From contig OZ251244.1 in assembly GCA_965240325.2 (NCBI GenBank), forward strand, positions 124,001 through 188,000: 64,000 bases of DNA. The letters are read 5' to 3'. Below are positions 33,628 to 45,327 of this stretch, in pieces; position 1 is the first letter of the stretch; each line of letters opens with the position of its first letter. This DNA is from Rebecca billardiae RCC1528 (lineage: Eukaryota; Protista; Haptophyta). The translations under genes and the position numbers were made by a program. The notes below the pieces were generated by a model that saw nothing but the letters and a program-made list of their open reading frames with translations, was not told where the DNA came from and did not search any database.

Positions 33628-36600
33628 AGGGGGCGCGACGGTGAGCGTGACGGCGCTGCCCGCGCTGGGCGCGCTGTACGCGGAGGCGCGCTCGGAAGAG
33701 CCGCTCTCCCGCGAGGCGCCCGTGCAGCTCGCGCGCGGCGCCACCCACCTCTACTTCGAGGCGCGCTCACTGGACGGCGCGGACGTCGGCGCGCTCCGCA
33801 CGGACCGGGAGGGCAGGCGCTGGCTGGAGCTCACGATGGCGTACGGCGCGACGGACGCGCTCGGCGCGCGCTCGGCGGAGGAGGCGGAGGTGACGATCCG
33901 GCTGGTCGAGCCGCTCGCGCCCGCCGACGACCGCTCGGCCGAGCTCCTCGCCCTCGCCATCGTGCTGCCCGCGCTGCTCGCGTGCGCGCTCTGCTTTGGC
34001 GCGCGCCAGGCGGCGCACAACCGCCGGCTGAGGGCAGCGTTGGACGGCATGGGCGCCGCGCGCGCGCCGCCGGTGCCGCTGCTGGTGATCACGGACGCGG
34101 GCGAGGACGCGGACGACGAGATGGCGCTGGTGATGGCGCGCTTCCTCACCGACGCGGGCCACATCGAGCTCCTCGGCGTCGTCGCCAACCTCGCCCCCTC
34201 CTACGAGCGCGCGCGGCTTGTGCGCGGCACGCTCGACGTGCTCGGGCTGACCAAGGTGCCGGTGGGCGTGGGCACGAACGGCGGCAGCCGGCACCACGCG
34301 GCGAGCTTCGTGGAGAGCGCGCCGTACATCCCGCCGGTGGGCGGCGAGCGCGCGCAGAGCCTCGAGCCCGGCCGCGCGCTCCTCCACCGCGTGCTCGTCG
34401 CCGCGCCGCCGCAGTCGGTCACGCTGCTCTGCATCTCCTCGCTCAAGGACGCGGCGCTCTTCATGCGCGACAACCGCGCGCTGTGCGCGGCCAGGCTGCG
34501 CCGCGTGGTGGTGATGGGCGGGCTCGACCTGGCGCGGACGGAGGCGGAGCGCACGCTCGTCACCGACTCGGCGCACAACAACACCTTCGACCCCGACGCC
34601 TCCGCCTTCTTCCACCGGCTGTGCGTGCTGCTGCGCGTGCCCGTCACCGTCGTCTCGCGGCACGCCGCTTACGCGTGCCCCGTGCGGCGCGAGGTGTACG
34701 ACCACCTGGGGCACTCGGGCAACCCGGTGGGCTGGCGGCTGCGCAAGATGCAGCGCGACGCGATCGAGGACCTGTGGCGCCGCGCGTGCGCGCCCGACGG
34801 CGCGCCCGCGCGCCGCGGCCTCCCCGCGCGCTGCGACCGCGGATGGTTCTCGCGAACCTTCACGGCCGGGCGCGCGGACGCGCGCGCGCCGCACGAGCCG
34901 ATCTGGGATTTGGTGCAGAGCTTCAACCTGTACGACGTGATCGCGCTGGTGGCGTGCGTGCCCACGCTGGCGGACGCGCTGCTCGAGCCGCTGCACCTCG
35001 ACGCCGTGCGCCCGCACCCGCGCCTCGGGTGGCACGAGCTGATCGGCGCCAGCGCCGCGCAGCCCGGCGTGCGATCGGTCACAGACCTGCGCATCGTGCT
35101 GCACCGAGGTATCTCCTCAGCGGTGGGGCTCGGCCGGCGCGACGGGCGGTGGCGCCAGCCGATCGTGCTGCTGCTCGACTCGGCGTCGATCGACGCCGCG
35201 CTCGCGCCCACGCTGCTCTGCCTCTCCGGCCTCCTCGCGTACAACGCGCTCGCCCGCGCCGCCATCATTGTCGTCGACGAGTCTGAGGCGCGCGCGGACG
35301 CGGCTTCGGAGAGGGCTGCGGAGAGATCTGCAGAGAGATCTGCAGAGAGCGGCTCGGAGGAGACGGAGCGCGCGCCCGCCGAGCAGGGCGGGGCGCACGC
35401 GGCGGCGAAGGCGGGGCGCGCGGACGACGCGCGCCGCGCCGCCGCGCGCGCCGACCTGAGCGCGCTGCTGCGCGAGCTCTCGATCGGCGAGGTCGAGGTC
35501 CATTGGGTGCGGCCGGCCGCGCCCGGCCGCGGCGGCGCCGCCGGCTGCGGCGGCAGCGGCAGCGGCAGCTGGAGCGGCAACTGGGCGAGTGGCGGCGCGG
35601 CGGCGCGCTCGCTCCGAGCGTCGTCGGCGGACGGCTCGCTGCCCGGGCTCGACGCGCCGCCGCCGCCGCCCCACCAGCTGCGCCGCGTCGGCAGCAACGC
35701 GAGCAGCGTGGGAGACAGCGAGCCCGCGGCGGCCGCGGCGGCCGCGGCGGCCGCGGCGGCGGTGGCGCGCGGCGTCGACCAGCTGGCGGCTGTGGTGCGC
35801 GAGTGCACGCCCTCGACGGGCTTCCGGCTGGTGCTGCCCACGGGGTGCCCGCCGCTGCTCGCCGCGTTCGCGAGCGCGCACCCGCTGCTGCTCCGCGAGC
35901 GCGCCGCCGAGTGCATCGCGCTCGGCGAGTGGGGCGAGAGCGAAGCGCAGCTCGACGGCGGCGCCGCTGCTGCGGAGGCGGGGGCGGGAGCGGGCGTGGG
36001 CGGCGCGTCGTGCGCGGCGGAGGAGTGGACGGAGCCCGCGCCGCCGCAGCCGCTGCCGCTGCGCATCGACGCCCCGCACGGCTGCGCCGACCCCGCGGGC
36101 CGCGCGGCCGGCGAGCAGCTCGCCGCCACGTGCGCGGCGCTCGGCGTTGCGCTCACGCTGGTGCCGCGCGCGCTCACCGAGGCGGCCGCGCTTCCCATCT
36201 CTGCGGTCGAGGCCGCGACGGGCGTGGGCGGCGCGCTCGGGCAGCGGCTGCTCTCGTCGGTGCAGACGCGCCTCGCCGCCATCCGCGCGCGCGCGGCCGA
36301 GCCACGCGAGGCGGCGGCGGCGGCGGCGGCGTGCGCGCCCACCTGCGCCCAGTTTGAGTTGGCCTTTGGGGCGCAGCGCGCGGGCAGCGCCGCGCGCGGG
36401 GCGGCGCAGGAGGAGGAGGACGCGTGGTCGGGCGCGAGCGTGCTCCCCGCCGCGGGCCCCGTGCTCCTGCTCGCGGCCACGCGGCGCGCGCACTTCTTCG
36501 CCACCCTCCCGAACACGCTCCCGCTGCGAGGCACCGAGCACTGCGCCCTCAGCCCAGCGCCGCTCGACGACGCCGAGCTGCGCACCTGCGTGACACAACT

Positions 36601-37657
36601 CATGCTCAAGGCAGCCTCGCTCGACTCGTCCGACTTTGTCGGGTACCTGGCCGCCGCCGAGGCCGAGCTCTCGGACGAGGAGCACGCGCGCGGCCCCGCC
36701 GCCTCGCACCGCCCCTCCTGCTCGCGCGACTCCGACGCCGCTTCGCACGGCGGCGCGCACGGCTGGCGCCCGGGGCGCGCGTCGCGCGACGGCTCGCGCC
36801 GCCCATCCTACGGCTCCGCGCGCGGCTCCGCGGGCGATGGCTCCTCGGCGCGCGGCGCGCTCGGCGCGCTCGGCGCGCTCGGCTCGTTCAGCGGGCGCGT
36901 GCGCTCGCGCGCCGCGCGCCGCGCGTCGGTGCAGCCCGCGCCCACCGACGCCGCCGCCGCGCCCGCCGCCGAGCTCTCCGCAGGCCGGCTGCTGGCCGTG
37001 CAGGGGCTCGGCCACGTGAGCCTCGCGGACACGCTCCCCGGCTGGCTGGGCGCGCGGCGGGCGGACGAGGGAGCAGACGAGGGCGGCGCGCCGAGCGGCG
37101 AGGGCGGCGAGGGCGGCGTGGTGGCGGGCGAGGGGCCCTCCGACGCGGCGCTCGACCCGGTGCTCCTCGACGCGCCCGCAGACCCCGACCCCAGCGCGCA
37201 CGCCGAGCGCCACCCCTCGCGCCGCCACTCAGCCGCGTCGTCGTCGGCCGGTCTCGGCTCGTTCGAAGCGCAGGAGGCGGAGCATGACCGCCTCGAGCAG
37301 ATCCTGCGCGAGGCGAGCCACTTCGTGCCCCAGCACGCGGCCGGGCCGCCGGCCGGGCCGCTGGGGCTGCCCCATGCCGGCGGCTCGTCGGCGCGTGCCG
37401 GACGACGCCACCCAGGCTCGGGCCACGCCGGACGGCGGCACACGGGCGGCGCGGGCGGCACCGGCGTCGCGTCGCCCGCGCGCGGCGCGTCGTGCGCGCC
37501 GTCAGCGTCGCGGCGGAGCCTGCCGCCCATCTACAGGTCGTACACCGGCCCGACACCCGAGGCGGACAACAGCGGCCGACCTCCGAGCAGCAGCGCACAG
37601 CCGCACCCATCACCGGGCCCGTCAGTGTCGCGCTCGCCATCCATCACAGAGACTTGA
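30674..37657 (+). CDS. Large single-pass receptor-like protein: signal peptide, LamG/ConA-like, cadherin/Ig-like, galactose-binding-like domain, TM, inosine-uridine nucleoside hydrolase domain, degenerate second hydrolase domain, disordered tail
   Basis: Uninterrupted ~2327-codon ORF. MLAAALLLLLLAG; WHHYAATY...LYIDG...FDGQLDDLAIF; NIDDLP / DSFDF...VRGVNDRP; IRLELDT...WNYIDYVKLVG; TM LLALAIVLPALLACALCFG at ~33944-34000; VITDAGEDADDE, VVANL, ISSLKD, VVVMGG, AHNNTFD, LYDVIA. Confidence 0.88.
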
Positions 37658-38026
37658 CGACGATAATACCGCGATCGAGTATGTCAGTGAACGCGACGGC
37701 CGCCTGCTGCCTCAAGTAGTCAAGTACGGGCGCAAGTGCGCCGCGCGTGCGAGCAGTCTACTCGTCATGATCAGTGTACTGTGCACGTATCAGCATATCC
37801 ATGCGAGTAGTCGTGATGCTGGCGGTCGTCCGAGATATATCGCGGTGACGAATCGATGCGCCCGCCTGCCGGTCCGGTCGTGGCTCGGCGGCCCGGATCG
37901 GACCGTCCGGCCCAGGCTGGCCGGCCGGCCGGCCCGCGACCGCGTTGGTCGTCGCGGGGCCGCGCGCGCCGGTTCCGGCGCCAGTAGCGCCGCCGCCGTC
38001 ATCATCATCATGATGACGAGCATATC

Positions 38027-40063
38027 CACAGTAAAGAAATCGATTTTCGGCGTTACCGTAACCCGTCCGCACTTCCGCCCAGTGGGGATGCGCTGGAATT
38101 TTTTTCATGCCCCGTTCGCGGCACTTCGCGCCGCGCACAGTGGAGAAAGATCGGGCCGGAAGCCGTTTGAGCATGGTCGGTCGTGCGCACGCCCATTCGA
38201 ATCGATGGCGCGCTCCGAGCGGCGGGCGTGCGCGCATGTGTGCCGCGAGGGGGGCTGCGAGGCGTCGGCCGGCTTGCCAAGGCGGTTCCCCGGGGCGGCG
38301 TCACCCTCGCCCGCCCCTCCTCGCCCACCCTCGCTCCACGGGCGGCCACACGTGACCTGTTGAGATGAGTTCACGGGGGCCGCGCGGCACGCGCGCGGAG
38401 AGGCGAGGAAGTGGTGTTTCGCGGAAAAACGCAACGTCGCATTGTGCCCAACCCATGTGGGCACCCGCTCCACAAGTTTGTACGCCGCCAAACCGCACAC
38501 AGCGGCCTGAGCAGCTCCCAGACTGAGTTTCGCTCTTGAAGCCTGTTTTGGGGCCAGATCTTGGTGTGGATGTAGCGCGGCGAGGAGGCGCCGGGCGCGC
38601 GCCCGAGCTGCGTGCTGCCACTCGCCATGACCCATAGACATCGTCCGTCGCGAACGACCCGGCTCGCCTCGACCTCTCCGACTCGCCGGGCAGCCACGAC
38701 CGAGCACGGCACGACAATGGCCAAACCGGGAGGCTTCTCAGACCGCGTGGGATGGGCATAGGCGCGAGAGAGGGCGCCCAGCGCGCTCTTGAGATGCACA
38801 GGAGCACGCACTGATGCGTATGGAACCATCCCATCACGATCGCCCCGACCTGGCGCGACCTATCTGGCCCGTCAGGCTGCCCGCGCCGCCGCCGCCGCGC
38901 CACGCCGCCGCCCAGGGCGCCGCCGCACCGCGGGCACATGGGTAAGTCCGTATTCAACAAATACAGAATTTCCGGTGCGGCCCTCTTTTGGGCGGCAAGG
39001 TCGGCCTGGTCGACACCTGCCGCGCGGCATGGGCCACGGCGCGGCGAGGTGGCGGCTGGCGCACCGCGGCGTGGGCGGGATGGCTCGAGGACACCACCGC
39101 CCCGCCTCCCACGCCGCGCCGTGCGCGTGCGCCGTGCTCTCGTCGCGTACCGATTTTCCTGCGGCGAGCGACGCCCAACAGCGCGACCATGCCATCGCGC
39201 GACGAGGTGCGTTCAGCTCGGCGATTTGTCGTATTTGTTGAATACATGCGGGTACGAATCGGCCGCAAGATGGCCTCGACGTACACGTCGAGAGCCACGC
39301 GCGCGGTGTGGAGTGGCACGCGACGCGGAGAGGGCGGGTGCGGTGCCGCGGGCGCGCGACTGGTCTAGAACATCCCAATGAAGCGCGGGACGGCGCTGCG
39401 CGCCTGTGCTCGCCGCCGTCTCCTCGCAGTCGAAAATATCTGTGCACCCTTCTGTCTGGCTAGTCGACCGGCCGGCACGCGGCACGCGAGCAGTGTGTGT
39501 GGGGAGGAGTGTGACATGGCAGGCTGTGGCGAGGTGGATGGCCGTGCAGGTCTACGCTAGGAAGGGCCGCTCCCGCGCTCGCGCGGTGCCTCGCGCACGC
39601 ATCGTCGAGGACGAGCGTGTTTGAATGGCTCCGGAGAAGGCTTACGATCGCTCGTTGATGGGCAGCGCGCGACACGTGCACACGACGAAGGTGACGACCA
39701 GGCACTCCGGCGAGGGCGGCTGTGCTGGTAGCAGACTGCATTCGGAGTCAGATGCGCCATCTTACGCGCCGCTTCGCCTCGCTGCATCGCCGCACTGAGC
39801 AGCAGGGCTCCACGCTCACGAATGGCTCACCCGACGAGCTACGTGACCGGCCAGCCGCGTGCAACCCGGCGAGGCAGAGAGGGGCGGAGGGATGGGGAGG
39901 CTGGGTGGGATGTTGCAGTCCCATGCCCGGGGCACTCGCCAGGCGCCTGCGCGACCACCGTAGCGCCGTCTGTGCGCTCGTGCGGCCCGCGCGAGAAATT
40001 CCCCGAAAATCGGCTCGTGTCGGACGGGTTACGGTAACGATAATCCCGTTTTTGTTCACTGTG
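38027..40063. mobile_element. 2037-bp non-autonomous CAC-ended DNA transposon (CMC/EnSpm-like)
   Basis: Termini CACAGT...ACTGTG; perfect 19-bp subterminal inverted block CGTTACCGTAACCCGTCCG (38051-38069 / 40021-40039); TC on both flanks (2-bp TSD); no transposase ORF recognised. Confidence 0.8.
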
Positions 40064-41137
40064 TCACTATACTGCTGATGCGTCGTCATGATCACTACGA
40101 CTGATGCGTGACCCGGCACTTGCACATCTGAGTAACCTGGGAGATCGCGATATAGTCTAGTATAGCAGTTAGCTGCTGGCACCGGCCGGAGATCGATATA
40201 TATATGCCGCCTGCCGGCCGCGCGCCACAGACCGACCGTGCCCCCGCCGACGTAATAAGCCGTCGGAGCACGCACAGATCCGCGGGCCGCAATGTATATA
40301 TGATGATCTGATGGCACTCAGGCGCGCGACCAGTGCCGCCAGCAGCAGCCCACGCCGGGCCGAGTGACCCTGGGACTACGGTCTGACGGAGTCATATATA
40401 TATACGTGTCGAGTAGGCCGCAGTCATCCGGCGGCGCCCCGGCGGGCGCACACCGTCTGGCGTCCGGATCTGCCGGCGGTCGTAGTACGGCGAGAGTCAC
40501 ACCGCCGGTTGACCGTTACTCGGCCCGACTACTCGTCGTCACGGAGCTAACGGTCGCGTAGCTATCGTCACTGGCCACCGCGCAGACCGCGGCCCGTGCC
40601 TGGCACGGTGACGGTGCTGATGCCTCGGACGAGTAGAGTCGTCGTAGTCGTCCGGACACCGTATCGTCGCGCGTCGTAAGTCCCGTCACTACTCCGCCCG
40701 CCGCGCGGCGGTCCGCGTGATGATGAGTATTGATGATCTAGCGCGCGCTCATCAGATCGATTCTCGATGATCAGCTCGGCAGGATCGACTCGTCTTAGTG
40801 CCGAGTCCGAAACCGGCCCGACCCGGGGCGGTTCACTAGCGGAGGCAACGTGTCACATCGTCACTGTTACTGATGCTATCCGTACGGTACTCCTTCCTCA
40901 GACGGTCAGGGCCGCACCGCGGGGCGCGGACGCCCGCCGGAGTGCCGCGTGCCGTACCTTGCTACCATGGGCACGGTCCCAATGGCAGTGTCGGGACGCT
41001 CGACCCGATGACGATCGGGCCGCGATCGATGATGATGATCAAAGAGCAGCGCGCTGCCGTGATGTTCACGGCCGCGCCGAGCATATGCCATATGCACTAA
41101 TGCAGGACGAACGGCCGCGAACTTCCGGCCAACGTCT

Positions 41138-42029
41138 TCAAGCCGGCCGCTTCGGTCGGCCCCGAAGCGCCCCCAGTCGCTCGACGAGCTCGTAGTTGCG
41201 AACCACCTCCGCGAACCAGTCCGCCAGCTCGTCGTCGGAGACGGGGATGCGCGCGTGGTTTGGGTCGTAGTCGTACCGCCCCGGCCGCGGGCGGAGCTCC
41301 TTGGGCTCTGCCTCGATCAGGTGCCGTGGATCGGGCTCGTCCTCGGGGTCGTCGTCCTCGGAAGGGATCTGGAGCGCGCGCGCATGCAGGGGCGCGCACG
41401 CGGCGTTGGCTCCGAACCCACGTCTGCCGAGCGCCGTGCCGCCGTTCGGGCGCGCGCGCGCGCGCTGTGCGTGTGCCGCGCGCGCTACAGCCACCCACGT
41501 GGACGAGGACGTTGTACCGCTCAGGATGGCCGCCCGGTGGCTCCCCGCTCACGGTCGCCAGCCGGCCGTTGAGGTCGAGGTGCGGGAGCATCCGGTGGCG
41601 GACGCTAGAGTTGACCAGCTGCACCGAGCCCCCGAGCGCCATGAGGGGGCCGATGAACCGCCGCATCCCCACCACGACCGCCTCCTCGCGGCGCGCCGCC
41701 GGCACGCTCGCCAGCCGCGCGGCGATGCTGTCGAGCGCTGCCTGCATGAGGTAGCCGAGCTCCACCGCGCGCGCGCCGAAGGCTGCAAATGTGGGGCCCG
41801 TCTCGCACGTCTCTTTCACCACGTCCAGGGCCCCGGCCCGCTCGCGCGAGGTCGACGCGTCGGCTGTGGCCTCGTGCTGCATGAGCGCGCGCCCAAACTG
41901 CGCGTGCGCGTGCTCGGGGAGCAACGCGAGCTCGGCGAGGATGGCGCGCTGCGCCTGCGTGAGGGAGCACGCTAGCTTCGAGGCCAGGCTGTCCGCACGA
42001 TCGAGCTCATCTGCCTTGCGCTTCGGCAT
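41138..42029 (-). CDS. Hypothetical protein; exons 42029-41499 and 41368-41138
   Basis: MPKRKADEL start (NLS-like); GT-AG intron 41498-41369 joins RYNVLVH|IPSEDDD in frame; host-like codon usage. Confidence 0.65.
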
Positions 42030-42908
42030 GGGCGCAGTGCGCGTGGCCCTCGGCCGTCGTCGCCCGGCCCTCTCGCGCCCGCCTTGTTCGGCAAGTCGCC
42101 GTTTGTCCCTTTCGGCAGTTTGCGGCGCGCAGAAGCTCAACCGCGCCAACTCTCCGGGAGAACGAGAACTCCGGGAGCACCGCGCGGGGCCGCGCAAAAG
42201 CGGACGTCCGGACGCGGCTTGTCCCCATGCATGCAGCGGTTGCAGCGTGCTGAAGCTGAGGGTTGACAGACGGTCAGATAGGCGATGCCGATGGCGCGAC
42301 GCCGACGAGCGCGCGAGGGGTCGCGCCAGGACGACGGCAACGCACGCGCAGGCCATGCTCGCCCGCCAGCTGCGGACCGCACCCAAACGTCGGTGTGGAC
42401 GCCGGGGGCCACACCGGCGTTTCTCATCTCGGGAAGGCATGGGCGCAAGGCTACCTGCGCCTCGGGCAGGGAGCGAAGAAGTCGGGGCATGCCGCCTGAC
42501 GGCCCTGCCCGGAGGACATGCGCTCACCGCATACTCCATAATCGAGGCGCATGCGGCATGGTTACCAGTGATGGTTGTCTGCCGCAGCGCGCAGCGCGTG
42601 ACTGACGTGTGACCAGACTGAACCGGGTTGCTGGATCGCAGATCATGGACTTGAGAGTCAAGAGACCGTGAACATCGACGCTGTGTGTGACACGCGCCCG
42701 GCAACTCGTTCAGCATGCTCCGGACGGTCGTGCGCCCACCGATGGAATCGGCGGGCCCTGCCGTGCTTCGTGCCTTCGTCGTGCCCATTCGGGGATTTCG
42801 GGCTCGAATACGACGACAATTCGTCGCCCGCTTGCTCAGTGCCGGTTGACGGTTCGTCACCGGGCTTTTTTGGAGGCGCCGGCGGGCACGCCCGGTTGTG
42901 GACGTCTC

Positions 42909-43571
42909 ATGCCGGAGGCGGGGGCTCCGCCGCGCGCGCCCGCGCGGGGCAACGTGATCAAGCTCAATGTGGGCGGCACGCACTTCACGACGAGGCGCGC
43001 GACGCTCTGCGCCTACCCGGACTCGATGCTCGGCCGGATGTTCGCCGAGGAGAACGGCGCGCTGCTCGACGTCGATTCGGACGGCTGCCCTTTCATCGAC
43101 CGAGACCCGACGCACTTTGGCGCGATCCTCAACTGGCTGCGCACGGGGTACGTCGAGCTGCCGGGCTCGGTGGCAAACGTGCGTGCGCTCAGGCTCGAGG
43201 CCGAGTACTACATGCTCGACGAGCACATGTTCTCGCGCGCCGCGCGCGCGCTGCTCGACGAGCAGTGCGGCGCGGCCGCCGCCGCCGCCGACGCCGCGGA
43301 CCGTGCGTGCTGCGCGTGCTCGCACGGCTGCGACGAGACGCTGTGGAACGCGTTGGTCAACGGCAAGCCTACGTGCCAGAGCGCCTCCGCGAGGAGCGCG
43401 CTCGGACCGCACGCGTACCGCGACGCAGGTGGCCCGCCCGGCGTGCTGGAGGGCTGGCGGCTGCTGGCGAGCTGCGTGCAGCAGCAGCAGCGGCAGCAGC
43501 GGCGGCCGCAGGAGTGGGGCTCATTCTTCACGGGGCGGCATGCGCAGCAGCTGTGGTACTTTGGCAGCTGA
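42909..43571 (+). CDS. KCTD-type BTB/POZ (T1 tetramerisation) domain protein
   Basis: VIKLNVGGTHFTTRRATL..YPDSMLGRMF...FIDRDPTHFGAILNWLRTG...EAEYYML. Confidence 0.92.
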   Translation: MPEAGAPPRAPARGNVIKLNVGGTHFTTRRATLCAYPDSMLGRMFAEENGALLDVDSDGCPFIDRDPTHFGAILNWLRTGYVELPGSVANVRALRLEAEYYMLDEHMFSRAARALLDEQCGAAAAAADAADRACCACSHGCDETLWNALVNGKPTCQSASARSALGPHAYRDAGGPPGVLEGWRLLASCVQQQQRQQRRPQEWGSFFTGRHAQQLWYFGS

Positions 43572-45327
43572 GCCGTGCGCGGCGGCTGGTGACAGATGGG
43601 CCCCGCCCGCTTGCGGGTGCCGAGCAGCCGCATTGGGCCCCAGCCCGGCTGGCAGTGTGCGTGGTGCGCCGGGCCGCGGGCCACTACGACGGCCCAGCAC
43701 CGCCGGGCCAGCCACCGGCCGGCGGCCACCGGCGCCTCGCACCGCGTACGGACTTGCGGTACCTACGGTAGGCTCCGTCCGACGGGAAGCAGTGATATGA
43801 GTCTCAGACCGTCTGACCGATCAGCAAGTCACTCCGAGCCGGCGCCTCGTACGCGGGGCCGGCGTTACGAGCCGACGGCGCGGCCCGACGACGGTTACTC
43901 CGCGTACTCGTAGTTACTACTGTTAGTCGTAGTCGTACTCGTCGCCCTCGGGTCTGACGATCCGGGCTCAACTCTCAAGCCGCCTAGCATGTCATCAAGC
44001 TCGGATGGCGGCTGATCCGCTTATCGCCCGTCTGTCGGTCTGATGCGCGACAATATGCGCAGTAGCAGCTATGCTGCCAGCATCATCGGCACGCGACAGC
44101 GCAACTGACAATAATGATACGCAGTCGTCTAGTAGCACGCAGGCACCGTGAGTCCGTGACCGTACAGACCGGCGTAATGACCGGGGCTGCAGCGCACTCA
44201 ATCGACGATCCGCTGCTGATATCGTCCGGTCAGGGCAGCATGGATCCGCGCGGCGGACCGCTCGGCCTCGCCAGGGCCTGAGGTCATTGACAGTGCGCCA
44301 CGGCTCAAACCCGAGCGTTCACAGCGGGCAGCCGCCGGGCCGCAGCCGCGGCGGGCTCCGCGGCACAGCTCGGACTGATGATTGGCTGAAATTCGGCATG
44401 CGCGACGAGTGACGCTGCGTGACCCGGGCGGCGCCGGTGCGACTACACGTATCATCCCCCGTAGTAGACGCGTGCCCGCGACAGAAGATAGTAGGGCCGA
44501 GGGCGAACGGCACGCTCGACACCAGAAGGCTGCCGGACGCGCCTGCTGCCCCGTTGGGAGCGGATCAGCGGACACAGGAGTGCAGAGGCCGCACGCCAGG
44601 CATGCTTTGTAAGGCAGCGGCTCAAGGTCCGGGCGCGACGCTTTGCGATCCTCCTATAGCACGATCCGTGCCATCGGCAGCCGAGAAAGCAGGTCCATGT
44701 GTGACCATTGTCTCAGGAAATGGCGTGCGGCACAATCAACACGGCACAAGCCGTCTGGATCCGGAGCACATCACACGGGGAAGGCGAGAGAGCGGCGCGT
44801 GGCGACCGTGACCATTTGCAGGGCACGCTCGGAGATCGAGCGCACGTGTGCGCATGCACGCGGCATCATTCGTACTGTACCCCCATCTCCCCGGGCCATC
44901 TCCTCGCGCCCAGGCTCCCCACACGTCGAGTCGGCGGCACGCAGGAAGTGACCCGCCGTGTTGAAACCGCTCGGCACTCACGATCAAGCCCGCACGTGGT
45001 TGCGCGTGCCGACCGCAAGGGCGCCGCGCGACGAGTGGCAGCAGCTGGGCGGGCGGGCTTGTCGACACTCCCCCGCGTCCTGGACCCCACTCCGCCCGAC
45101 CTTGCGGCGTGCCGCGGTGCCGCCACGGCCGGCCTTCCGCTCGCGCCCCGCCGCTGCGGTCCGGAGGCGCACGCGGGCGCGGGTCCGGTCGGCGGGCAGT
45201 CGGGCACCGACTCACCGTCATCGATCAAAGCCGTGCGGGCGGAGAAACGCTCGCAACGGGAGGCAAGTCGAAAAGGAGGAGCGCCCCCAGTGGCCGCCCC
45301 GCGCACGCCGCAGCGCACGCAGAGAGC

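Noticed and set aside
40040-40063. Functional V(D)J RSS / ProtoRAG element
   Set aside because: Spacer is 1 nt rather than 12/23, TSD is 2 bp rather than 5 bp, and no RAG1-like ORF is visible; kept only as a curiosity.
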